Shown piece by piece: positions 16,889 to 27,700 of a stretch of 59,625 bases of DNA. A program made the translations under genes and the position numbers. The DNA lies in the IMG/VR virus record IMGVR_UViG_3300020044_004496, positions 1-59,625 of that record. One strand, 5' to 3'. Within the stretch, counting starts at the first letter, position 1. Every line of letters starts with the position of its first letter. The notes under the pieces are model-generated. The model was not told where the DNA came from and made no database searches. It saw only the letters and a program-made list of their open reading frames with translations. The stretch comes from a virus. Its lineage: Duplodnaviria; Caudoviricetes.

Positions 16889-17121
16889 ATGAACGAATTA
16901 AAGAACTTGCTATTAAAGCAGGCGATGATTGGGAACATACTTTAAAAGAAGATCGTGAGTTTCTTGAAAAGTTTGCAGAGTTTATTGTTCGGGAATGTAT
17001 CTCAATTAATAGACAACGAATGTTTTCAGATTATGAAGGTGACAGTCTCCGAGTGGCTCACAACAATGCGTTATTGTGTGCTACCAGCGATATGTTTGAA
17101 CATTTCGGAGTTGAAGAATGA
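16885..17121 (+). CDS. Hypothetical protein (MNERIKEL..EKFAEFIVREC..EHFGVEE)
   Basis: ATGA overlaps. Confidence 0.65.
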   Translation: MNERIKELAIKAGDDWEHTLKEDREFLEKFAEFIVRECISINRQRMFSDYEGDSLRVAHNNALLCATSDMFEHFGVEE

Positions 17122-17348
17122 TAAGAGTGACATACACAAAAGTCTGCGACATCTGCAATAAAGAGTGCAGCACGGAATCGTTTGATTGCACAAATCAGCT
17201 TGGGGGTAAAGGCTTTCCTACCCCACATCCTAGATTCACCTACCAATTCAATGGCGTGATCGAGTTGTGCGATGAGTGCGCTTTACCGATGTTCAAGGCC
17301 AAGGAAGAGATCATGGACAAATACATTCAAGCGAGGGAAGAAGAATGA
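17118..17348 (+). CDS. Small Zn-binding protein (CxxC..CxxC)
   Basis: CDIC..CDEC. Confidence 0.6.
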   Translation: MIRVTYTKVCDICNKECSTESFDCTNQLGGKGFPTPHPRFTYQFNGVIELCDECALPMFKAKEEIMDKYIQAREEE

Positions 17349-17608
17349 ACGAACGAATCAAAAAGCATCTTCACAGCATCCCGCGATACGCGCCGCACGA
17401 AGCGGGATACATGGAATTTCGAGAATCAGGTAATTGGGTGCAATTTGGAGAGGTTGAAAAGTTGGCGGAGTTGCTTGTCAAAGACTTGCGCGACCACTTC
17501 GCAGCCAAAGCAATGCAAACGATGTTGCATGGAACAACAAACCGCGAAAACGTCGCCAAGTACGCATATTCGATGGCAGATGAAATGCTCGCAGTGAGGG
17601 GAAAGTGA
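17345..17608 (+). CDS. Hypothetical protein (LRDHFAAKAM..AYSMADEML)
   Basis: ATGA overlap. Confidence 0.6.
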   Translation: MNERIKKHLHSIPRYAPHEAGYMEFRESGNWVQFGEVEKLAELLVKDLRDHFAAKAMQTMLHGTTNRENVAKYAYSMADEMLAVRGK

Positions 17609-17766
17609 TGCAGTGGATTCCTGACTTCCACCGCAAGAACGAGATACGGTTGCGCTACACTGAGAAGGCGTACAAGCGTGGCATGAGCATGGGGATTGCG
17701 CTAGGTGTGTTCATGTGCATCAGCCTGTTCATGATCTTCAACATACTTAAATTGGTACTCACATGA
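17608..17766 (+). CDS. Small membrane protein (52 aa)
   Basis: Hand-translated; TGATG overlap. Confidence 0.5.
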   Translation: MQWIPDFHRKNEIRLRYTEKAYKRGMSMGIALGVFMCISLFMIFNILKLVLT

Positions 17767-17927
17767 TCGACTACGGCGAAAACATCATCAAAGTAAAGCA
17801 GCTGGAAAAAGCATTGCATGAACAGCTGTTGAAGCGCGATTACCCAGAGGCATTCAAGCTGGCCACGGACTTGAAAGAAGCCGCAGAGGACCTGCAAAAG
17901 TTTTGCTTGAACGCGGTCAAGGCATGA
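17763..17927 (+). CDS. Hypothetical protein (54 aa)
   Basis: Hand-translated; ATGA overlaps. Confidence 0.55.
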   Translation: MIDYGENIIKVKQLEKALHEQLLKRDYPEAFKLATDLKEAAEDLQKFCLNAVKA

Positions 17928-18190
17928 ACAACAAACTGACGGCAGCTGAGCGCAAGTATCTGGCTGCGGTCAAAGAGTTGTCCTGCGGCGTCTGCGGCAA
18001 GCATGGACCCAGCGACGCCCACCACATCGAGCAAGGGCTTCAGTACACCTGCATTCCCTTGTGTCGAGATTGTCACCAGGGTGGGCACAACGGCATCCAC
18101 GGGCGCCGCTCGATCTGGAACACACTCAAGAAGACTGAGTTGAACGTGCTGAATGACACCGTCAAACGGCTGTTTGACAGGCCGCAATAG
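17924..18190 (+). CDS. Ref/DUF968-like HNH-type nuclease
   Basis: CGVCG..DAHHI..IPLCRDCH..GIH. Confidence 0.75.
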   Translation: MNNKLTAAERKYLAAVKELSCGVCGKHGPSDAHHIEQGLQYTCIPLCRDCHQGGHNGIHGRRSIWNTLKKTELNVLNDTVKRLFDRPQ

Positions 18191-18201
18191 CGTGGTATAG
18201 T
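18174..18201 (+). promoter_or_regulatory. Strong sigma-70-type promoter for the sRNA
   Basis: TTGACA (18174-79), 16 nt spacer, TGn-TATAGT (18196-201). Confidence 0.7.
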
Positions 18202-18205
18202 TCGT

Positions 18206-18299
18206 CCTGACCAACCTCCTAGCAGTGGTCCAGGTCGCCATTCAGGCGCTCCCTCCTCGCGCCAGTGAACCCCCGGCTCAAAAGGCTGGGGGTTTTTTT
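18206..18299 (+). ncRNA. Putative ~93-nt trans-acting sRNA with two anti-Shine-Dalgarno loops
   Basis: Bounded by promoter and terminator; hairpins CCUGACCA/UGGUCCAGG (loop ACCUCCUAGCAG) and GGCGC/GCGCC (loop UCCCUCCUC). Confidence 0.7.
18268..18299 (+). terminator. Rho-independent terminator
   Basis: AACCCCCGGC..GCTGGGGGTT stem followed by a T tract. Confidence 0.85.
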
Positions 18300-18326
18300 C
18301 AACTGGTGCAAGTATATTTGTACCTA

Positions 18327-18352
18327 GTCAGTGTAACAGTGTTACACTGAGA
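18327..18352. repeat. 26-bp palindromic site, copy 2
   Basis: Identical to 5697-5722. Confidence 0.9.
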
Positions 18353-18354
18353 TC

Positions 18355-18708
18355 ATGACTCACATCGAGCTCGATCTGCCTTGGCCACCAAGCGTCAACC
18401 ATTACTGGGGACAGTTTGGGAAGCGCCGGTTCATTGCCAAGAAGGGCGTGGACTTCCGCGCAGCGGTGCTTCAGGCCTGCCAAGAACAGGCCGTAGAGCC
18501 CCTAGAAGGACGGCTGGCTGTCCATGTAACCCTGTTCCCGCCGGACAAGCGCAAGCGCGATATAGACAACATCCTGAAGAGCTTGCTGGATGCTTGCGAA
18601 CACGCCGGCTGCTACGCCTCAGACTCCCAGATTGATGAGCTGCACATCATCAGGCAGGGCAACCGCCAAGGCGGCGGCTGCTCCATTCTGATCCTGGCTC
18701 TGAGTTAA
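18355..18708 (+). CDS. rusA: RusA-family Holliday junction resolvase
   Basis: LPWPPSVNHYW, PPDKRKRDIDNILKSLLDA, DSQID. Confidence 0.9.
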   Translation: MTHIELDLPWPPSVNHYWGQFGKRRFIAKKGVDFRAAVLQACQEQAVEPLEGRLAVHVTLFPPDKRKRDIDNILKSLLDACEHAGCYASDSQIDELHIIRQGNRQGGGCSILILALS

Positions 18709-21700
18709 GGCTGCTGCGAGAAGCTACGGATCCGCTCTACGCCGGTCAATATCTTCTGCTTTGCAGCCGTCAGCTGGTCAATCTTTTCGCGCCGCTCTTC
18801 AGGCGAGAACCGCTTGCTTTCGCTTTCCCCAATCTGCTGGATCAAGCTGTTGAGCTCTTTGAGCTGGTCATCCATCTGGCTGACGTAATCATGCAGACCA
18901 ATCAGCTTTTTGTTTTCCGGCGTCAGAGCTTGTAACTTCTGGATTTTCTCGCGCTTTATCTGCGTCTGCATGGTGTTGTATTCCTTGTCCACCTGTTCTT
19001 TGAGGTCATAGAACAAGCGCTCACGCCCGGTGGCTACGGTGGGCAACATGAATCGACCAACCAACGGATACTGTTTTGGCGTCATCGCCGCTCTGTTGCT
19101 GGAAGCCTCGCCAAGCACGTTAGACGCCCACTGCACGGAAACTCCAGCCGATCCAAACAGCCCGCGAATCAAGTGGTCTGCCTCGATGGGGTTGAGCAAT
19201 CGCTTCTCATCTGTGCCGGTCAGTCCACTCAAAATCTTCCCAGCTTCAGAAGTGGTGGAGTTGTATTGCTCAGCCGCCTTCACGTTCTTAAGTCTGGATG
19301 GGGTGATGTTGCGACCGGTAAAAAAGTCGTGATCAAGGGTCAGCTCAATGATCGGACGCGCACCAGTCGGCACCGGCGTCGGCCCCAGCAGCATGTCCAT
19401 AGCAGCATGCTGCAAGGAATCTACCAGCCGCTTCCTGTCCACCGGCGTGTCTGTGCCGCGCTTGGTAACGTAGTTGTAGATTGACTCTGGAATCGCCTTG
19501 TAGAAATAGGCCGCCGAGGTGTGCATCGGCATGGCAATCTTGGTGCCAGGTATGACGTAGTTCTTGAGCTTGGTTTGGTCATCCAGCTTGTCGTACTCAT
19601 CATCCCCGCCAACCAGCATGCAGTACAGCAGCGTGGTGGAGGCCAGCAATCCGCCGGTGATGGCAATCCGTTGCAGCGCCTTGGCTCTGGCCATTCCCTT
19701 GAGGCCGCCACCAGACAGAGCTTGGAATAGCACCTCAATGGTCTGGGCATAGGCATTGGCAAACGCCACGGTCTTGACAATCGCCTGCGCCAGAGCTCCT
19801 GAGCCATGCCGGTTGAAGTTCAGTACGTTGGCCGCCTGATACAAGGCCTGCATCTCATCGCCGGTTTCAGCCATCACGCGCTTGTAGACTGCCACGCGCT
19901 GAGCCATGTCTGAAGCATCGCCAATGTGATCCAGCGCTTGCATGACAAAGCTGTAGGCGTTCTTGTTCATCACGCCCAAGCGCTGCTTGATCTCTGCCTC
20001 TGGCGTACGGGCGAGCGACTTAAACCCGCCAATGCCAGCCGCCTTCAGGATGTCCACTACGGGATCCGTGTTGGTCAAGGAGGTGACAAACCCCTTGTAC
20101 ACGCCACCAAACAACGCGACCGGATTTTTGACGCCTGTCACCCAGGCTGCGGTCGGGGCGTCTTGGAACAGCTGCGAGATCTGGAACGCACCAGATAGGG
20201 TCAGCGTCCTGCGCACAAAGTTGGATGCCATAGACAGCGGCTTGAGCATGGTCAGATTCAGGGTTTCCATGCCAAACACAGACTCAGCAACCAAGGGATC
20301 CGATATCTCTACGACGATCTTCTTGCCGTTGGCAATGAAGTTGAACCGCCCCTTGTTGCGATCCGCTGACGGGAAGACCATGATCTTGTCGTTCTCGTCC
20401 CGCGTAGCATACTCATTCACAATCCTTTGAGCTGCGTACTGGCGGATGCCGTTCATGGTCATGCGCATGACGTTGCGCGTCATGTTGTCAATCATGTTCT
20501 CAATCTCGCGGCTGGTCTGGAACACCACCAGATCGCCCTCGCTGATCGGCACATTCAGACGCACATCACCCCTTGGCGTCGCTTCAATCTTGGATGACGG
20601 AACGGACTTGCCATTGATCGATGCCGAGACTATGGAGGCGGGCTGAATCTTGAATACCTTTTGCCCAGCCTTTGCCTTGAAGTCTGTAATCACCGCCGGC
20701 TTGCCAGCCTTGAACAGCTTCTCTTTGCCAATGTTGGTCATGGACCGGGTGGTGGTTTGGACTGGAGAATGAATGTCCTCCTCGTCATCCATGATCCGGT
20801 TCCACGGCACATAGTCCTTGATTGCTGACAAAACTTCATATCTACCCTGACTCAGCAATCCAACTTGGCGCCAGAAGCGCAGCATGTTTTGATTGACGGC
20901 AGTCCAGTTGTCCATGATTTCGCGCAGCTCAGGATGCGCTTTTTCGCGGGCAATAAAGTCGTCAATCTCTTCATCCGACATCTTGATCTTGTTGAAAGCG
21001 ATCTTGATGCGGGACACATCCTCTTTGGCTTCTTCCACCAGCGCAGCCAACTCTTTGAGCTTGGCCACATCCTTGGGATCTGCGGATTTTTTCGCCCGCA
21101 TTTCCTTCAGCATTTCATTTAAACTTTCGTACTCAGCCTCGCGGTCAAACATCTCATTCTGGATGCTGCGCGAGCGCTTGGCTTCCAAGTAGCCTTGGAT
21201 GATGTCCGTGCCGACCTGATCACCCAGTTTTGCTTTGAGCTTTGCCTCGGCCTTGTACACGCCAGCCATGCCCTTGGCGCGATTGACGGCGACAAACACC
21301 CCGGCCTTGGGGTTAAACTTGATGCCGCCACGAAAGATTACCTCGGTGGCAATGCTGCCAGACCGGATGGCGTTATCCAAAGCAACCGACGCCGTTGCCA
21401 ATGCATCAGCAGTCCGCATCGATCCGCTGTATCGAGCGAAGTCCGCGCCGCCCAACCCCGTGCCATACCAAGTGTTTTTGTTGCGCAAGTAGGTAATGCC
21501 GGCATCAATCTTGTTGAATGCCAAACCTACGGCTGCACGCGGGTCGGTGACTGAGTCTTTCAGCAGCTGTTTGCCAAGGCGTCCAGACTTCAGCAGCATG
21601 TTCTTGACCGGCGCCGTATCGATCATGGGCGTGTGTGGGCGGCTGTACTTCTTGAGCAGACGCTCGTCGTCTAGAGCTTCTCCAGCTCCTTCACTGACCT

Positions 21701-24700
21701 TGCGCCCTGTATCTTCTTCAGCACCCCCGCGTAGATCTTCGCTCCTTGCAGATCTCGCTCCTGTTTGTACAACAGGTAATGAGTCCGGGCCGCCGCCTCC
21801 ATCTCCTCTAGACGATGCTGCTCCGGGCTGTTTGCCGTAATCCTCAAGAGACTTTGCAGTGTTTTGTGTTGTTGATTTTCCATATGCCTCTCTCATTGCG
21901 GTGAAAGCAGATTCATGCCGAGACAAAATGTCCAGCAATGCGTCGCGGAAATAATCCAGCAGACCTTCATCAGCCAGGTATTGCTCAACCTTGATCATCT
22001 GCGAGTTGTGCGCAACGCCGTGATCCATTGATCCGGTGTGGGCAATCTCATGGATCATGGTGTTCAGGAAGTTTTGACGCACACCAAACAAGCTCTTTGC
22101 GCCCCAATCGTAGAACGGGTTCAGCAGCACAGCCTTGTACGGAACTTTGATATGGACGCCGCCGTACTTTTTATCGACCGACACGCCAGCAAAGAACAGG
22201 TTTTCCGGGGTCAGTACGTCGTATCCCCAAATTCCGCTCTTGGCCAACGCCTCCTTCATCTCAACCATGAGGGTGCCAAGCTCAGCAAAGAATTTCTCTG
22301 GCTCTCCGTACTGGCGACCAACTTCCAAAAAGTCTACGTTGGTGTTGTTGTGATAGATCGGCAAGCTCGGGTCTTGCTTCATATCAAGCATGAACTGCGA
22401 CCGATCTGGCGCTGCTTTCTCTGCCTGTAGCGATGCCTCTTTCTTTTTCTCTTCTTGTTTTTTTGTATCAACCAAAACTGTGCCAAGCTGATCCAGCACC
22501 TGCTGGCCAGTTACGGTTACTTCTTTTGGCAATGGAGGAAGCTGCGTCAGCTCTTGAGTTGCACCACGCTGGTCAAATACTTTTTTCAGTTTCTTTGCCG
22601 TGTCAGCAAGCTCTTGTCCAGCCTCAACACGCGGCATGGACACAATGCCCTTGAAGCTCTCTTGCAGATCGGCCATTTCATTGCCGCGAGCAAGTTGAGC
22701 TAAGTATGCCTGCAATGCATTGACATCGTTATCAAGACGACCCTTGAAGCGTTCTCGACTATTTTCAAACGGATAGTCAGGATGCTTTGCCTCAACATTA
22801 GGCTTCACGTTGACAATGATGTCGCACGGAATTACTTCAGTTTGATTCAGTGCAAATCTATGGTCGAACTGATATACGCCGCTTGATAAGACTTGATGCT
22901 TTGGACGTTCTTTGCGGTTCACGCCAAAGTAAATGTCCGCACTACCCCAATCAAAATTTACTTTGAATTGTTGGTAGTCAGCTACGGGGAAATTTACGCC
23001 CGCAGCTAGTTGCGTTGTAGATTTAGAACCATACGAATTGAATTCCAAATTCACTTCAACCGGACCAATGAGAGGGTGGTTCAACGGCTCAACAGCATCA
23101 GACGCCCAAGGGAACCAAATCATCCTTTCGTCGCCAGTTTTTGGATCAATATAGTTCTCTGGTATTGTCACCGTGACTGTGGTGCCGTGCTCGTCTTTTG
23201 GCGCCGGAGACTTTTTGATCTCAAACTTGCTGTTTGCAATGTCCTTGGATGTGGTGTCAACGGTTACGCGAACACCATCGCGCACGGTGTTCAGTTGCAA
23301 ACGCTCAGAGCCAAGCATGAAGCCCATCTTGGCAAGACCAAGTCCACCGCTTCGCTCTTCCGGAGCAAGGTCTGACTTGTTGGAGCCGGCAACAGTAAAG
23401 AACGCCTCGCGCACAATCTCCGGCGTCATGCCACGGGCATTGTCGGTAATGGAAATAGTGCGAGCATCACGATCTATTTTGATGTCGATCTTCCCAACCT
23501 TGTACAGCGACGGACCTTTCAAGCTTGACACTGCACCTTTGACGGCATCAAAAGAGTTTTGCAACAACTCTTTGACCGCGACGTCAGCCAGGTTAGATGC
23601 GTACATGTTGGCGCCAAGCAGCTGGATCAGGCCGCCCATGTCGGCATTAAGATGCCCAGCTTCTGTGCCAAACTTTTTCTCTTGGTCTGGCGTCTTGGAT
23701 GCAGCAGAGTCCGGCACTTGATCAGGACGCGCAACCATAGTCAGCTGCTTGGATTGCACTCGCTGATATGCCTTTGGACTCTTGGCGCTGTCAGGACGGA
23801 AGCGAACATAGTCACCCTCTACGCCAACAACAACTCCGGGCGTATTGCCAAGCCGAACAATGTCGCCAATCAAAAAGCCTTCAGCAATCTTTTCCAGATC
23901 GCCCTTGACTTTGTTTTCGACAAACTTTGCTTCAGCTGCGTCATCCTTCTTTCTTTCGGCAATCAGCTCGCGCACTGCGCTTTCGGCGGCTTTGTCGTCA
24001 AGATCCATGTAGTAATGGTCTTCAACAGCCTCATCAATCTCTTTTGGCGACACTCCAGCACTGATGGCATCTTCAATGACATGCCTGTCCAGCCGGTCAT
24101 ACTTGTTGGCGACAGCCAAGATGGGATTGTCAACGGCGTTGTTGGCCATGAAGAACGAATAGGCAAATCCTTCCGGCGTAACGCTGCGAGCATTCTTGGT
24201 GGCTTGTGACTTGCCGCCATACATCTTGTGCATTTTCGAGCCTTCACTTGGCTCGACAGGGCTGATTGGAAGATCGGCGTTGAAGCGCCCCCACAGCAGG
24301 GTCTTTTTGGTGTACGGATCGCCAAAGTGATTGGGGTTGAATGCCAGGCGCCACGGCGGCAGACCGGTCAGTTTCTCAATCCTGCCTACCGGGTTTTCAA
24401 TCGCCCATACGGCCGGCTTGAAATACTCGACCGTAGCCAGCGTCTGCTGCACCAGCTCTATAGATTGACGGGTGCGACCATCTGCATCTTTGGCTGCAAA
24501 GTGCCGTGCGCCACTAACCGCAAAGTCTGTGCATGGGCAGGCAGCAAGGATGGCGTATACATCCTGTCCCTCAAATGAACCAAAGTAGTCGTTAAAAAAC
24601 TCGGTCGAGAATTTTTGAACGTCACCAACTTCAGGGTCATTTTGTATATCAAACCTGAACACCTGATAGCCGGCATCTTCCCAAGGCTGGGACCACTGAC

Positions 24701-27700
24701 CCGTCAGGTCAAACAATGACAGAACAATTTTGTCGCTGTTCTCGCCAGTTTTTCCCTGTGCTTCAGCGTGTTCTTTCCACTTGTTGATCTGTTCTTTGGC
24801 CTGATCAAGAGTCATCCAGCCAAATTCTTTGTGATAGATCTTTGACTTGTCTTCTGTGCGTACGATTTCTGACTTGGCCGGCGCATCAAATACATGCGTG
24901 ACTTGCCCGCCATCAGCGTCTAAGGAATGTCCTTCGTATTCAGCAAAGACATCAGCAATGTCAGCAACTTCTTGATCCGTCGCGCCCTTGGGCGGAGCCT
25001 CTGAGATCACTTCCTTGGCGTCTTCTAGCGGCGGCGCAAACTCTCGCGTGGGTGGGGTTTCGCCACGGCCAGCTTCTTTTTCGTGGGCTTTGTCAAACTC
25101 TGCCTGAGCTGCATCAAAACGTCTGCGTCCAGCCAAAAATTCTTCATCGCCAATTTCTTGATCGCGATACGCCTGTTGCAATTTGTTGAACTCTTGAGTT
25201 GCCTTCCTGGATTTCTCAAGAGCAATCTGGTATTCGGTGGACAGCTCGGCTTCACCGCCAAACAGATCCTCTGTGGGCGGCTCCTCGCGTTCCTGTGTTT
25301 GCGGCTGAAGACCAAACAGGTCTACTTCCCTGTCAGCAATCGCCTTCTCTTCTGCCTTGCGCTGCTCCTCGGGCGCGGCCTCTTCGCGCTTGCGGATCTC
25401 TTCTTCCGTCTCGCCACGCAGGGTCAGCTCGGGCGCAGCAACGCCACGCTCAGCCCGGATCTCGGCCACCAAATTAGGATTGGTAGACCATGAATCCCAT
25501 GCCGACTTGGCTTGGCGCAGCTCTTCCACGCGCTTTTGAACGGCCGCCGGGTCTTTGATGTCGATGCCCTCTGCCTTAGCTAGGGCAGGATTTTTGGATG
25601 CGCCGGTCATCACCGACAGGCGCTGGGCGATTTCCCGCTGTTTGCGGGCTGCGATCTTGGCCATCTCTTCGGCTTCGCGCATGGCGCTGTCGTCGAACCC
25701 GAACATGTCCGTGGTCGTGTCACGCTCACCGGCCAAAGCTTTGACCGCCTGCATCATGTTGACGGCGTTGGATGCGCTCTTGCCGTCCTGTACGGCCTTG
25801 ATTCCTACGGCTTGGAGCCTGCTGTCATTTGGGGCATTTTGGGCGATGAGGTAGGCTGCTTCATCTCCGACGACATCGGCACGATGGGCGGCAATGAGTT
25901 CCTCACTTCCTTCATTTGCGATGGCGAAGCTCCGCTTGCCGATAGCTCTTGCCAGTAGTCCGCGTGCGTCTGCCTCTTCCTTGGAGATGTTTGCGCCTTT
26001 GAAGTAGCTGACATAGTCTTTGACCTTCCCTTGTCCGTCTCGGATGTTTAGTTCTGCGTCCAGTGTGGCTGCGCGTTGCTTGTCAAACCCAGCCGCCTCA
26101 TCATGGATCTGAGCCGGGATGGTTTGCTCCCCGCTACGGCGAGCCAAGTCCAGCCGGTGCCGGCCAGAGATGACCTCAAGGTCGCCATTGGTGCGGCGCC
26201 ACAATTGGATTGGGGCTACGCCAGTGCGCTCAAACTTCCCGCCAAGCGGCTCAACCACTCCCTTGACGTTTGCCTCCGCTTTGAATTGCGGAACGTCTTC
26301 AGATAGCTTGAGCTGATCTACCGGGGCTTCGACTATAGGCAGGCCTGCAACGGTATGCGGCGGCGCCGGCTGCTCTATTGCAGGTGGTTCTGGCCGTGCT
26401 TCAGGTGCCGCTGCCTCAACTGGCGGAGCAACCACCTGTTCTTCTTGCACCATGCCGGGAACTTGCTGGCCGATCTTATTAAGATAATCGTCTGCCAACA
26501 AGCCCATGTCTTCTTGCGGAGCTGGCGGCTCAACTGGGGCGGCAGCTTGGGGAGCTGGGGCTGCTGGCGGCGTAACAGGCGCGGCGGCCCTTTGTGCCGG
26601 CAAAAACCCAGCCTGCTCAATCATCCTTTGAGCTAGGCCTTCGTATGACGTGTCTCGTTTGTAAGGCTGACGGCCACCTTTGGCTAGGTCTTTGGCTGCC
26701 TGCGTTGCCTTTACTACGCCGGTTGTGACGCCTGCCGTGGCGCCAGCCTGTAGCACGGTCTGACGCAGCGTTTCTTCCAGTTCGTTATACAAACCAACCA
26801 AGCTGGGCTTTTTAAGACCAACGGTTGGCAAGATATCAATGCCGTATTGTGTTGCTGTCGTGGCCAACTCTGAAGGAATTTCAGTGGCTATTGACTTCGC
26901 CACATAGGCCGGGACGCTTTCCAGCCCATTGGCCGCGACGTGCGCACGCAGCCCAGCCAAAGCTTTGGTCATGCCAAAACGCTCAAAGAAAACTTCTGCC
27001 GCAGCCATTGGCGCGGCTCTGGCAGATGCCTGTTGCCCAGTCAGGCCGGAAGCCCGTCCGTCCGCATATTCTTGGCCAAACGTCTGTATGGCAGCTTGAG
27101 CCAGCACTGGTGCAGCAGAACCAGTCAACACGCCCAGAATCATGGTTGGAGCTTGACCTGCCAAGCTGGTCATTGCGCCTTGGGCAGACTTTTGGAAAAT
27201 AGATTCGCCTTCCGGCACAGCTTCGCCTCGAGCGCTTTCCACCCGAATAGCATTCAACAGATTCTTGGAGGCCTGATCCTTGTTGCCAAAAACACCAGAA
27301 TCAGCAGCCGCAAGCATAACCCCCATGCCGCTTTTACGCATGGCGGAAGCAGTTCCAGCTCCAACCCGCTCCCAGAATCCAGCGTCTTTCAAGGCCTCGG
27401 CTTGTGCTGCCGCCGCCTCGCCGGCCTGTTCGCCAACAATGTCTCTTGTAGCTTGTTGCAGGCTCGATGGTTGGTTACGCAGCGCATCTATTTGCGCCTG
27501 CTGCTCCGCATATTCTGGTCGCAAACCTTGTTCTATAAGCTGCGCAGTTCTAGCCTCAAGTCTTTGGTCTGCTGCACGACGCATTGTAGAGGGAGCTTTT
27601 TCCAGCTCTGCATACCGGCGCTCCACCTCTTGCACTGCCGCGCCATACTGCGGATCGTTGCGCAGTCGGGCAATGGCTTCCTGGCGTTGCGCGGCGGGCA

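Noticed and set aside
5697-18352. 26-bp repeat as att sites, CRISPR repeats or a protelomerase target
   Set aside because: Only two copies 12.6 kb apart; a 1-bp centre rather than a 6-8-bp asymmetric spacer; no integrase, cas or protelomerase gene seen
23160-24730. Intein or fused ORFs from a sequencing error within the giant gene
   Set aside because: No intein splice motifs (C/S start, HN end) or LAGLIDADG recognised; the frame is continuous and multi-domain giants are expected at this position
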